This document shows, one piece after another, positions 18,650 to 30,689 of a stretch of 52,462 bases of DNA (the first letter of the stretch is position 1; every line of letters starts with the position of its first letter). This stretch comes from Gracilinanus agilis (lineage: Eukaryota): the NCBI RefSeq assembly GCF_016433145.1, contig NC_058133.1:256799365-256851826 (forward strand). The letters are read 5' to 3'. The position numbers were made by a program, and so were the translations under genes. The notes beneath the pieces were generated by a model, which worked only from the letters and a program-made list of their open reading frames with translations, had not been told where the DNA came from and did not search any database.

Positions 18650-19760
18650 AAAGGCACCGTGGATAGTGTTGCTTTGGGTAGTAACTTGCATTCTCCCTAC
18701 AATACGGTTCCCACAAATACTCTAGCTAAAGAGGAGAGCTGCGCCTCGCTCTACCTTTCCAGCGACAGGGGGGGTGCTCCAGAGAAGGATGGCGCCAAGG
18801 CGCGAGGGATTATCCCAGAAGGGCCGCAGTGGCGGGGACACAATGGCGCCACGACCGCCATCTTGGGTCCTCCCCCTCCGCTCCCGGCCGCCCCCCTCCC
18901 CCCTGGGGGGCTCTTCCCTCCCGGGCGGGGCGGGAAAGGAGGCGGAAATAACGGCCCCGCAGGGGCCTGGAGGCCTGAGGACTGCTCTTGGCAGAGGCAT
19001 CAGGGGTTCCCTGCTGTCGAATGGCCTCAAAGAAGGACGGATGGATGTGGATAGAGGCCGTGGTCGCCGCTTACCTGAGCGGGGAAGAAATGCGTCTGGT
19101 GGCGGCAGCGGCGGCGACCGAGGAAAGCGGCCTCCACTTCCGGTCCCCGCGTTCCCTCTCCCCTTTTCCACCCCGCTCTCTTTCCAGGTGCCAATGCGCA
19201 GTCGCGGAGGACAGGAAGCGTGGCCCGAGGACCTCCTACGCCTTAACCGTCCCGCGCACTAGGGAGATGCCCTTTCGAAACGCCTGCCTGGATGTAAAAT
19301 ATTAATCTTCTCGCAGTTCCTCCGTTGCCGCTCTAATCAAAGGGTTTTGGAGAGATTTTCCAGTACTATTTTCTCTTTTTAGTGAACCTTTCCCTCGCCA
19401 CTATCCCGAACTCCCTTCCACTATTTCTCTTTTCAGTCAGGCTTGGTTAGGGCAATGCCCCTCGTTTGGAACGCAATGAATGGGACGCGGAAGCGGCGGC
19501 GCGTTCCCACGGGGTCCTATCGCGGCCCTGGTTGCCAAGGTGACCTAGGCATACTTTTGTTTAGGCTTTATCCTGGGCCTAAGCGCTGGGTGTGATTGCT
19601 GTGTGGCCGCGGGGCGGGAGGGGAACAGGGACTATGGATGGAGGAAAAGGAAGCTGGGTTGCAGGTCTGATAGAACAGGTAACTGGGTGTCCCTGCAGGA
19701 AGAAGGAAGTTGTCTTGCTGCCATTCCGACCGGGACCCGCAAAGGCCGCCCAGTGCAACC
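18650..19760. promoter_or_regulatory. DDX39B CpG-island promoter with non-coding exon 1 (about 19075-19145, minus strand)
   Basis: High CpG density; CAG|GTAAG donor at 19075/19074; ETS CCGGAAGTG 19135-19143; CCAAT 19191-19195; YY1 CCGCCATCTT 18855-18864; X-box-like GTTGCCAAGGTGAC 19531-19544. Confidence 0.8.
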
Positions 19761-20553
19761 AAGTCAGTAAACAAACATTTATTAAGCGCCTACTATTTCA
19801 GGCACTGTGGTTAAGTGCTAATAATGCCAAGAAAGAGAAAAACATGGTTCCTGCCCCCAGGAGGTCATAATATAATGGAGAAATTAACAAATGACTGTGT
19901 ACACACAAGATAGCTAGAGAACAAATAGAAGATCCTCAGACAAAGGCATAGGGCATGGGGGAGAAGACTAAGTCTTTAGGAAAGCCAACGAGGTACTGAG
20001 GAATGGTTAGGTCTTCACGACTGACCAGAATCTACACACACACATAAGGTCTGTGGTAGATGGGCCTACTTATGGATATCCTTGATTGATTTTCTATAAT
20101 AGTGACTAATATTCCTTTAAGTGCCTTAAAGTTTAAAAGGTATAGACGTCACTGCCTTGACACTGTCACAGAGCAAAGCCAGGTTAGTAGGCAATGGGGA
20201 AAAAGGGGCTATAGACTCTGTTCCCAGGAAGGGAGGCGAGTTTTAAGGATCCAAAGTTATGGATGGGGAGAGTAGATTCAGGTACTAGGCTTCCTCATTT
20301 TCCATTTCCCTTACTGGACTATAGAGCTGCTGCTGCTTTCAGTCCTGGTGTCCCCAATCCACAAAAACCTGCCCCTTCTGCCCCGGGTGGGGGGGGGGGC
20401 AAGGGTGAAGTCCAAATTCACCCTTGGAACACCATATGCGTGGAGACTGCTTTGAGATTCTACCAAAAAATGGTAACTCACTCCCAATGCTTCTAAGGCA
20501 AATAGCCAGCTCCCTAATTCAGTGTTAGTTGCCAGTTAAGATTTACCAGAGTA

Positions 20554-20766
20554 GGGGGCAGCCGGGTAGCTCAGTGGATTGATAGCCAGGCCTAGAGACG
20601 GGAGGTCCTAGCTTCAAATCTGACCTCAGATACTTCCCAGCTGTGTGACCCTGGGCAAGTCACTTGACCCCCATTGCCTACCCTTACCACTCTTCTGCCT
20701 TGGAGCCAATACACAGTACACAGTATTGGCTCCAAGACAGAAGGTAAGGGTTAAAAAAAAAAAAAA
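20554..20766 (+). mobile_element. SINE1_Mdo-like SINE with poly-A tail
   Basis: 16-bp TSD aagatttaccagagta at 20538-20553 and 20767-20782. Confidence 0.9.
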
Positions 20767-20799
20767 AAGATTTACCAGAGTATAGTTGTTAGAGGATAA

Positions 20800-21000
20800 T
20801 CTTAATCTATAATAATAATAACAAATGTTTATAAAGTACTGTGCTAAATGCTTTACAATTATTTGACAACAATTCTGGAAGGAAATTATCTCCATTTTTT
20901 AGAGATGAAGAAGATGGGGCAAAATGACTTGCCACAGCTAATAAGTTTTTGAGTACAGATTTGAATTTAGGTCTTCCTGACTCCAGGCCCACTTAATCTA
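20800..21000 (-). mobile_element. MIR-family SINE
   Basis: actgtgctaaatgctttaca...tccatttttagagatgaagaa...gacttgcc...gatttgaatttaggtcttcctgactcc. Confidence 0.6.
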
Positions 21001-22351
21001 TTGTATGATTTTTGTCTGTCAGAGACATATGAATATGTCAGGCACTTTTTGTACATCTCTTTCCTACCCTTATCAGTTATTGGGATGAGTTGCATAAACA
21101 AACTTTAGTATGAAACCAGATTTGAAGTATGATATAATGGAAAAATCAATAGATTTCGAGTAGGAGACAAATCCCAGTTCTGGCTGTATTTAAAGCTGTG
21201 TGAACTTGGAAAACTAATTTTCCCCTTCTGAGAATCGGAACATATAAAACAGTGTAGAAAATAAGATTAGATTAAATGATTGAAGTTTTCTTCCAAGTTC
21301 TAAGTCCTATGACTTCCATTATTTGCCCTAAACTTAAAATCATTCAAGTTCTAAAGATGCTTTATTCTAACAGTTCCAGATATGATAAATAATGAAGATG
21401 ATAGGGAAAGAAAAATGGGGTATTGTGAGGGAGATACTCCCTGAGATTCTCCAAAAAGAACTCTTACAAGTTTTTCAGACCTTATTTTATTGACATTTAC
21501 ATTGGTTTCTTTTAACAGTTGAGTAGAACCCAATAGGAAATTGAAGTGTGAGAGAAGGAAAATGGAAAAGGATGGAGGATATTCCCATAACAGCACATGA
21601 AATATAAGATGTTCCTCTATAGTTAAGATAGGCAATAGTAGGAGCCAAATAGGTCTCTTCCAAGAAATTTTGAGGGATAGGAGAAAAACGAAAGAAAATG
21701 GAGAAGTAAAGGAGATAAATAAAAAGTAAGGAGGAAATAGAAACCTTTGGAGCCATAGTAAGATCAATGGAACCATGGAGGTCAGCTAGTTTCATCATTG
21801 GTCACAGGAAGAAACCCAGACATGTGAAGGATAGTCATTTGAATAAAGTTATTAGGATTACTTAATTGAAACCAATTGGGGAGAGATTTTTACTTATCTG
21901 GGAAATATTTTATTAATAACTGATATGTAGCCTTTAGTACTTTATAAGGTTTGCAAAGCATTTTGCACATATCTCTTTTGATCCTCACTAGAAAACTTGT
22001 TAAGTAGGTACTATTTTTGTCTCCATTTTATAGATGAAGAAATTAAATAACTTGCCTTGCGGGTTACACAGACACTATTAAAGTATCTTAAGGCAGGCTG
22101 TCAAGGTCCAGGTTTTAAGATCACTGCAGGGTAAATTCAGATTCTGTGAAAAGGAGGCATCATTCTCAGGAAACTCAAAAGGTCCTGGTAGGAGTTATGG
22201 AGCTAAAGAAGATTTAGGGTTCCATATGGAAGAGTTATAGGATGACTCCTTGAGTTTCTGGGGAAATGATGGGTAAAATGGGATATGGCTGGAAGACAAG
22301 GTATGAGGTTCTGGGAAGGGGGGGGGGGGCGTTGTGACTGTTACATAATTC

Positions 22352-23454
22352 CTAGGCAGCAATCCGGTAGTTGGGATGAATGTAGGGCTTGATGTCACAG
22401 ACCAGGCCCAGGAGATGAGCCAAGACACGCTCACGACTGCGCTGCTGAGAGCTCTGCATGCCCTGTACCTGTCGACGTGTTGCCTGCTCCACCTCAGCTG
22501 ACAAGTTTCCCTGGGAGCCCATAGCCTGAGGTGGGGGTAGTAAAGGGGAGAAAGGGGTAGAAATGGGGGGGGGGACAAAGAAAAGGGTCCCAAAGTGTGA
22601 GATTGCCCAAGGAAGAGATAGAAAGCAGGATCAAGAAGAAAAAAGACCCAAATGTAGGGTCTCTTCCCTTGAATCCTTATGTATAGATGATGCACATTCT
22701 ATAGCTGTCCAGGCAACACAGAGACACACAACCTTCATTAAGACCTTACCCCATAACAACCCACAGACTGAATTCTCCATCAACTCCAATATTATCACTT
22801 TCGGTAGAAAGAGTACAATATCCCCCACCCCAGACCACTGTCATCTGTCACACAGAAAAAACCCCAAACATTGCCTCAAATATAATTTCCTTAATTACAA
22901 AAATGCTTTCCTTAGAAGCCCCCAGACTTCCCTCTATATCACAGAAATATTTGAATCGTCACATTAGAGTTCTCTTCACCCCCAATATTACCCTGATGCC
23001 CCCTTTCAATCTGAAATGCACCCCAAATCTTACCGCTTGCTGTTTGCTCTGGAATTCCTGTTCCCGTTCCCTACGGTATTGCTCTACCTCCATCTGAGCT
23101 TCTTCCTTGGCCTGCTTCAGACGACGAGCCTTCCCTGGAGTAAGGAAAGGGAAGAACAGCCCCCAAAAGGTAGTTAGAGAGCTCTTTGAGTAAGAAGAAT
23201 CCTTCTTGGTCACCCTGAGTTCAATCCCTGGTCTTACACATTTCTCCAAAGGAACCCTGACATTTAGGGCCTAGACTCCACCTCACATCCCTACCCCCAC
23301 CCTATAGCGGCTCCTCTTAATAATCTAAATGTCCATTCCTCTTTAATCCCTGTTCCCCGACAAGGTTCTCACTCTTTCTGGCATCCGCCACCTTCTCAGC
23401 CGCTCTTTTCTCAGCCTGCAGCAGCTGCTGGATGCCTTGGGATTGACTGGCCAT
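22352..23454 (-). CDS. ATP6V1G2: V-type proton ATPase subunit G2, 118 aa; exons 23373-23454, 23034-23134, 22352-22525
   Basis: MASQSQGIQQLLQAEKRAAEKVADARKR|KARRLKQAKEEAQMEVEQYRREREQEFQSKQQA|AMGSQGNLSAEVEQATRRQ...HPNYRIAA*; GT-AG junctions in phase. Confidence 0.98.
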
Positions 23455-24009
23455 CTCTCCTGGTAAGTGGTGATGCTACCAAAGGTACCAGCTTACTGCC
23501 ACTACCTCCACCCCCAATCACTAGCTCATCCAGCTTTTCCTTTTTCTCTCCGTTGGGTCTTAGTGTCCCCCTGCTCTCAGTTCCCTCTTCCCATCAATTC
23601 AGTTTAATCCTTTTATTCCTCCTCTCCCCTCACTAATTCCCTTGCTCTTGCAGTACCACCTGAGATCACCTGAGGGCAACAGAGACCAGATCATTGCCCA
23701 CCAGTGTCTCCTCCCCTCCCCCCCTCGCTCCCCGCACCCCCAATTGGCCCCAGCCTGATTTCCCATCTTTCTAGTTTTTCTCAGCAAGACTTCTACCTCG
23801 ATTGTGTCTCCATTCTAGGCCTTAGTGAGTAGGAGTTTCTATGGAATGTAAAAGAGGAGATAATGGAGATTGGTAGCCATGAGCCTGAAGTTCAGAAAGG
23901 TCAAAGAATGGAACTAAAAGGTAGAGATCATCACTCCCATGGACTGGAAATAGACAACAGATTATTTTTCTCTAAATCTCAGCAGCTCTTCTCCCCATAA
24001 TATCCAGCT

Positions 24010-24620
24010 TTAAGGTTTGCAAAATGACTTACAAATATCTCATTTTATCCTTATAAAAAACTCAGGTTTGTGCTATTATCCCCATTTCATAGATGAGGAA
24101 ACTGAGGCACAAAGAAATTACATGACTTGTCCAGAATCACACAGCTAGTTCTTGTGAATACAGCACGGGTCCTGGAAATTCCTGCATTAAAATCTGACCT
24201 TAGACATAGCTATGTGACCTTGGGCAAGTCACTTAGGGGAAGGGAAGGGATAACACACTTACTCTGTATCAGGCACTACACTAAATACTTTAGTAATTTT
24301 ACATATATCTCATTGATCCTCACAACAATCCTGGGAGGTACGTGCTGTCATCCCTCATTTTACAGATGAGAAAACTGAGACAAAGATTAAATGACTTGCC
24401 TAGGATCATACAGTCAGCTGCCTATAGGATGAAGGCTATGAACTAGGTATTCCTGATTTCACTGCTCTATGCACTGCACCACCTACTGCCACTCTACCTG
24501 TGCCTCAGTTTCCTCATCTGTAAAATGGGGATAATCACAGCTTCCTACCAAGGTTGTTGTGAGGATAAAAAATGAGAAATTTTTAAAGCACTTTGCAAAC
24601 CTTAAAGCGCTAAATAAATT
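24010..24620. mobile_element. Cluster of MIR/CORE-SINE fragments in both orientations
   Basis: Repeated atagatgaggaaactgaggcac / ttttacagatgagaaaactgag / cctcagtttcctcatctgtaaaatgggg cores. Confidence 0.6.
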
Positions 24621-25016
24621 CTTGTGGTTAACCGTTATGTCCTTGAGGCCAAGTCTGAACTCCAGATCCAGCGCTTGATCTCTCTGCTGAGCCCCCTCGC
24701 CGCCTCTCCTTCCTCTCTTCTGTCTTCATTTCCATTTCTTTTCCTTCGGTTTGTATTTCTGGCTCCACATCTTTCCTTCGGCTCCACCTCCTGCCAGCCC
24801 TTTCAGTGTCGCCTTCTCCCTTGATCTGTTGTGTTTCTACGGTTTTTTTCCCTACTCCTACAGCTATCTTTCTTTCTTATCTTATCTTATTCTTATCTTA
24901 TCTTTCTCTAGATCCTCCCCACCTCCGGGAAAGAAGGACTAGGGGTAAAGGAGGTCCACTTGAAATCTCCTTTTCCAGTTCCCTCCAGCGGGAACCATAA
25001 ACATCCCTTCCTCCAG

Positions 25017-25045
25017 CCCCTGCCCTGCCCTGCCCTACCCTACCC
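25017..25045. repeat. (CCCTR)n pentamer repeat, G-quadruplex/i-motif capable
   Basis: cccc tgccc tgccc tgccc taccc taccc: six C-tracts with 2-nt loops. Confidence 0.7.
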
Positions 25046-25129
25046 TGTCCAGTCCCCATCCTGTCCCATCCCATTTCGTTCAGTTCAGAGGAACCTTTCT
25101 CTCACGCCTCGAGTTGTCCCTAGAAGGCC

Positions 25130-25260
25130 GAATCTTGATAGTTGTCGCCTTCCGCCCTCTCCCCTGGCTCATTTCCGGTTTGCTTCCGCCCTTCTTCCTT
25201 CGGACACCTGGACGCCTCGAGGTGGGGCTGCATCTCTGTTTATTGGTTGCAAGAGGTCTT
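25130..25260 (+). promoter_or_regulatory. Probable NFKBIL1 promoter / TSS region
   Basis: Local CpG enrichment with several TTCCG (ETS-type) and CCGCCC motifs about 1.2 kb upstream of exon 2. Exon 1 is not pinned down. Confidence 0.45.
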
Positions 25261-25575
25261 CACTTCCCTCCCGCCACAGACTATCTTTTGGAGAGCTTGG
25301 GGTTACCTCCGGCCTCATGTCCCAGGCCATGCTGATCTGTGCAAAACGACAAAGGACCTGGCTACTTTAGTAGCCGCGGGGCCTGAGAGCTGGGCTTGGT
25401 TTTTTCATCCATCTTGTGATTGGGGTTGGGCTAGATCAATGTGTCTTAGTTGTGAGTGTCTGTGGTGAATGCTATCGGCTGTTTGATGCAGCGAATGACC
25501 CCTCTTAGACTAAACCTTTTATATCATTTAAGAAAAGACCAAATTTCAAAATAAGAAATGTCATTTTCTCCAACG

Positions 25576-25850
25576 CCAGGGAGCTTGCTTTCATCTTGGA
25601 CCCTGACAGCAGGTTACCACTGTTGGACGCTTTCGAAGCTGCCCTAGAAGGGCTCCACTCATCACTAGATAGTGCACCTAGCAGGGCAGTATTCCCTGGT
25701 AGGTCAGGGCAGCCTCAAGGGTTACAGGGTAGGGACATTAGGGCAGGCAAAGCCTTGGTGGAGGGATGGTGGCTCCCTAGCACCTACCTCCAACCTGAGG
25801 TGTCACCGAAGGAAGGTCTAGACCCTGCTCATCTGCAGATAGATAATTTA
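25576..25850 (-). pseudogene. Inverted, decayed duplicate of NFKBIL1 exon 2 and the start of intron 2
   Basis: Minus strand translates RV*TFLR*HLRLEVGAREPPSLHQ vs KAKSLFQRHPRLNIDAGEPPPLHR. Hand alignment gives 58/87 identical nt ungapped, plus an exact 16-mer gggaatactgccctgc (25681-25696 vs 26593-26608) and tccaagatgaaa(g/a)caag shared with intron 2 (26697-26713). Confidence 0.8.
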
Positions 25851-26370
25851 GATATGTAGGCAGTCATCAAACTATGTGATTATAAAAGTCCAAATTCTGC
25901 AGCAGCCCAGTATTCATGTCTTCAAAATCCTTTTTTTAGTTGTACTGTCTGAATATGACTAATGAGGAAATATTTTTTGCATGACTTCATATGTATAATG
26001 AGAATTGTCTTTTCAAAGGGTTAGGGAGGGGCTGAAGGGAGTGAGAATATTTGGAATTCAAAATAGAAATGAAATTTAAAATATATATAAAATGAAAAAA
26101 TTGTGCCTTTTGGCCCAAAGGACCATAAACAATTTTATCTTCTCTCCAGATTTGCATATCTACTTACTCCAATACCCTATTTAAAAGATACTTGAGTTTT
26201 GAAGAGAAGATAGTTTTTATTTCAAGATTTAAAGTGGAAGGTAGAACTATATAATAGGGAGAAAAAAAGGTATGGAAAAGCAGAGAAAATGAAAGGGACA
26301 ACATGGAGCAAATGTTCTCTTCTGATTCTAATTGCCTTGTTTTCTCTCTTTTCTCAGCCTAAGAGCCATC

Positions 26371-29229
26371 ATGAGTTCTTCCTCTCGCCAACGACATAGG
26401 GAGAGACGTTTCCGAAAATATCTGTCTGTTGGACAGCTGAGCAAGGCTAAGTCCCTCTTTCAACGCCACCCAAGGCTGAATATAGATGCTGGAGAACCAC
26501 CACCACTCCATCGAGCTTGTTCCCGTAAAGATGCCCCTGCCTTTCATTTGCTACTCCATCTTGGGGCTGACCCCACTCACCAGGACTGCCATGGGAATAC
26601 TGCCCTGCATGCTGCTGCCCAACAGGGTCCTAGTGGTGAGTCCAACCTTACAGGATAGTTTTGAAAGTGTTAGACAGTAGTTGCCCTATCTCGGAATCCA
26701 AGATGAAAACAAGACCTTTGGGATGCCAGATATTTTCTTGGTCATCAGAATCAATTTCTTCAGATATAAAATGGGAATGATAATAATTACATTACCTACT
26801 TTATAGGGTTGTTGTGAAGGTCAAAATGGATAGTTGTTATAATTAGGTAGCACAGTAGAGTACCCTTCCTGAAGTGAGGAAGACTCATCTTCCTGAATTC
26901 AAATCTGGCTTCAGACAATGACCCTGGGCAAGTCACTTAACCCCATTTGCCTTAGTCTTCTCATCAGTAAAATGACCAGTGGCAAACCACTCCAGTGTCT
27001 CTGCAAAGAAAACCCCAAATGGGGTCACAAAGAGCCAGACGCAATTGAAAATACCACTTAAGAACCAGAAAAGGTAGTTGTAAACCCTAACTCATGATAA
27101 ATGTATGTGTGTTTGTCTATACATACCTATATGTATCAAAAATGGATGTGTATATACACATATAGATCTGTGTGCATAGATGTGAATGTATGCATACATA
27201 TATACATACATATTAGATATATACATATGTATCTAAGCTGGCACTAAAATGAGATTTTTACATCCATTCATTTACTACTCTGTTTCCCTATAATATGGCA
27301 AAAAAATTTTCTAATCTGCTTTTTCTGTCCAGAATGATAACTATTTTTGTATATTTCTTTTCCGATTGGTGACATCCCTCTCCTCAGATCTCTCTAGGGG
27401 CTTCTCATTGCCCCCTAGAGAATAAAGTTCAGACACCTTAGCCTTACATTCCAAAGTTTCCTCAAGTTGACTTTAATTTACTTTTTCCTAACCTTATCTT
27501 CCTTTGTTCACCTACCTACTTGGCTCTACTGTAGCCAAATTTGTCTGCTGATTATTTCCTATACATTGGGATGTACACTACTGCCTTTGTATCTCATGAT
27601 GTTCCACTTATTTGGAATACTTACCCAAGTATCTTGAGTCTTATCCTTCCTCTAGTGCTCATCGAAAGTCATTGCTCTTATAGGATTGTAGACTTAGAAT
27701 TGGATGGGACCTCAGAGTCCATCTAGTTCAGCCCCCTCATTAAAAATTAAATTTAAAATTACAGATGATAAAACTGAGGAACAGAAAGATGTACAGGGTG
27801 GCACATCCACTTTGAGGCAATATTTGAACCTGGTTCTTCCTGACTACAAGTCTAGTTCTCTTTCTGCTATGCTCTGTTGATTCTTCCAGGAAGCTCTTTT
27901 TCTGTGAATCAGTCATATGGAACTTAGCATATACAATCTCAGAGTGACATTTTAAAATGTAATTGGCTTCTCCGGTAAGACTATAAGACCCTTGGCAAGA
28001 TTGTGTCTTAGATCTATTTGTATCCACAATCTTAGATCTATTTGTATCCCCACTGCCCACCATCTGGCTCATGATGGTAGTCTTCTGAGTGAGAATTGGT
28101 ACCCAAATGGATAATTTTCTCTTTTATTGCTCCCCCCATTATTTAATTTCTCTAGAGCTTGGATATCAACTGGCAATATTCTTATAATTTGAGGTGATAG
28201 CCACAGCAAATAACAGAAGCTGACCCTGATCTTTTGCCCTCTGACCCCTGCCAACAGCCTACAAGGACTTCTTCGTACCTCTGATGACACGGTATCCCAC
28301 TGCCGTGAAGATGAAAAACAAGCAAGGAGAGACCCCTGAGGAGCTTCTGGGCTGGGAAATGCCCCCAGAGTCATTTTTAGAAATGGAGGAAGAAAAAGAA
28401 AAGGCTGACAGAGAAAAAAAATGGAGGCAAAAACTTCAGGACGAGCTGGAGGATGAGTGGCAAGAAATGCTGGGGAGGTTTGAGGGTAAGGACTAACGTC
28501 CTCTAGATACTTTATTGATTACTGTACCTCCCCCACTTTCCTTACTGTTTAGCTACTCCATGCTGGTTTCCATCATTCTCATTTTTTCAGTCCCCATCTG
28601 TCTCTTGATTTCCTTCCTCCTGGCTTCATTGTTTTTCTTCTCATTGTTCCTTAGATGATGAGGACACCCCAGAGCCTGAGTCTTTCTCTGCTTGGACTGA
28701 ACGTTTGGCCCGAGAACATGCTCAGAAACAACGACAGCAACAAGCAACAGAAAGAGCCCAGCATCCAAAATGTCCATCCACCTCATACCACAGCTGGCAG
28801 CAGCAGGAGAAGGAGCGTTGTCTCTTCCAAGAGCGAGCCCAGAAAAAGGAAGAAGAACTGAGAGAAAGCCGAGCCAAGAAGGCCCAGGAAACCAGAGGGC
28901 ATTGTTGGGGAGACCCCACTAGGACAAAGCTCAAGGGAGACTTCACCAGGAGTGGGGACAGACTCTGGTGCTTTGAAGATATACCCTGGCCCTGCCTTGG
29001 AGGAAGGGACCCTGAGGCAATGGCAGCAGCCCTGGTGGCCAGGGGCCCCCCATCCACAGATAGGATAGCCCTAAGGAAGTACTTAAGGACCCAGCAGGTT
29101 CAATGGCATCCTGACCGATTCCTGCAGAGATTTGGGGGCCAAATTGAAACTAGGGAAAGAAAAAAAGTAATGGAGATTGTTACAGCTTTGTCTCAGGCCC
29201 TTAATCGCCATGCAGAAAGCCTGAAGTGA
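26371..29229 (+). CDS. NFKBIL1: NF-kappaB inhibitor-like protein 1 (IkBL), about 355 aa from the exon-2 ATG; coding exons 26371-26635, 28258-28485, 28655-29229
   Basis: MSSSSRQRHRERRFRKYLSVG...ankyrin-type PPPLHRAC / GADPTHQDCHGNTALHAAA ... WRQKLQDELEDEW ... QQVQWHPDRFLQRF ... SQALNRHAESLK*; phase-1 GT-AG junctions. Confidence 0.95.
26845..27050 (+). mobile_element. MAR1-like SINE in NFKBIL1 intron 2
   Basis: gaagactcatcttcctgaattcaaatc...gcaaaccactccagtgtctctgcaaagaaaaccccaaatggggtcacaaagag. Confidence 0.75.
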
Positions 29230-29344
29230 CCCAGGCCCGTGTTTTTGTTTTTTGTTTTTTTTTTCAAAGATAATTATTTTATTACCTATTCTTCAGGTAT
29301 CACCTCAGAAACAATCTAATTATATACAAAAATTTTGAATGTTG

Positions 29345-29350
29345 AATAAA
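29345..29350 (+). terminator. NFKBIL1 poly(A) signal AATAAA
   Basis: First AATAAA after the stop codon. Confidence 0.6.
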
Positions 29351-30629
29351 TGCTAGTTGATAAAAATATTATATAGCTGCTGACATGGGAAAATTTGGGG
29401 GGAAATTAAAGCAAATTAATACTACAGGCTCAATGTAAGCAAAAGGATTTGGGGGACAAGGACAACACATGGGGCCCATAATGAGGAGGAGATGGAATAT
29501 AGGGATAAAAAAGGGGTGGGAACAGTAGCAAAGGATGAGGCTTGAATGAGGACAGGCTGTGGGTTAGTGGTAAAGTTGAGCTGGAACAGTTGTGGGAGTC
29601 TGCTACCACTAGACCTCTTCTCTTCCTATTTATTTCCTGATAAAACATAGTTCCCCATCTTACTCGAATCTCTCCTCTGCCTTTTTCCATCTCTGTGGTT
29701 TCTAACCCCCATGACACCTCCCTCTCATCTACTAAGCCTACAGTTTCTACATGCCAGAGATATACATGTGTGTGTGATGTGCCCTTGGCCTGTGATAATC
29801 ACTTCATCCTGGCCAACAGGATCCAGGTCCAGAGGCCTTAATTTGTCCCCCAAATTTCACATCTCTCTTCCTTTCCTCCCTTCTAGACCAAGTGCCTATC
29901 ATCTTAGTCCAGTTTGTGGCTGGAGAAACAAACTTAATGTGAATAGGGCAAAAAGGGAACAAAACTGTGATCTCTTCTCCAGCTCCCCAGCTAGAACCAC
30001 ATCCTCCTCCCCCTTTCCTCCCTCCCTCCAGGGCTTTCCCTTTGCTGAGTCACTAGGATTTGAGGTGGGGGGCAGTTGAGGTTCGAAGACCCATGAGGAG
30101 ATGTAGGACAGAGTTGGGGGGAGCCAAGGGCAGAGAGGGAAGCAGCCCTTCTGTGGGGGAGTGCAATTTCGATTGCTAAAAATAACATCAGGGGAAGGAA
30201 GAGGAAAGGGCCAAATTATGTAACCTGGGTTGTCTGTTCTTGGGTAACCAGAGATCCACACCCCAGGATTGGGCCCAACCTTGCAAGGCTCCCAACTGGT
30301 AACTAAGCATCCGATAGACCAGGCTTCTCAAGGAACTTAAGCATCTGTACCTTGGAAATAGACCAACAAACCTTCTAACCCCTACTGCCTTTCAGGGAAT
30401 TGTCCTGGTTCTTCCTCTCAACTCTTCTCACCCTCCTTCTTCCCTGCTTTACTCCTGACATCCATTTGACAATCCAAATCAGGATTCTGATTTCCCAGTC
30501 TCAGCTTCATCTCCTGAAGGATCTCTTCCTCCATCCTCGGGGATCTAGGAACTTTTGGTCTTTTCCCCTGGTTCATAATCTCTGGGGTGATGTGGGCCCA
30601 GTCTATACTTTATAGATAATTATCTCCTC

Positions 30630-30689
30630 TTCCCGGAAACAGTGGTTGAAGCTTTGTTGGGGAAAGGGGACTTAGGGGAGGGGATTCCC
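30630..30689. promoter_or_regulatory. Candidate distal enhancer: GAS (TTCCCGGAA) plus kB (GGGGATTCCC)
   Basis: Motifs at 30630-30638 and 30680-30689 in unique sequence; motif evidence only. Confidence 0.4.

Noticed and set aside
18659-19305. Several 105-162 aa ORFs on both strands
   Set aside because: Expected stop-codon scarcity in a GC-rich CpG-island promoter; Pro/Gly/Arg-rich with no homology I recognise.
21361-21914. ATP6V1G2 poly(A) signal
   Set aside because: At least three AATAAA candidates on the minus strand (21361, 21486, 21909); cannot choose from sequence alone.
24640-24900. Possible inverted copy of NFKBIL1 exon 3 continuing the inverted exon-2 duplicate
   Set aside because: Only purine-rich compositional similarity (E/K/R-rich); no convincing alignment by hand.
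25441-25457. GTGAGT at 25452 as the NFKBIL1 exon-1 donor
   Set aside because: Plausible, but competing donors exist (e.g. GAG|GTGGGG near 25220) and I see no clear homology to human exon 1, so it is not called.
28006-28049. 20-bp direct repeat with period 24, and a 12-bp doublet at about 43547-43571
   Set aside because: Short slippage duplications inside old repeats; no functional signal.
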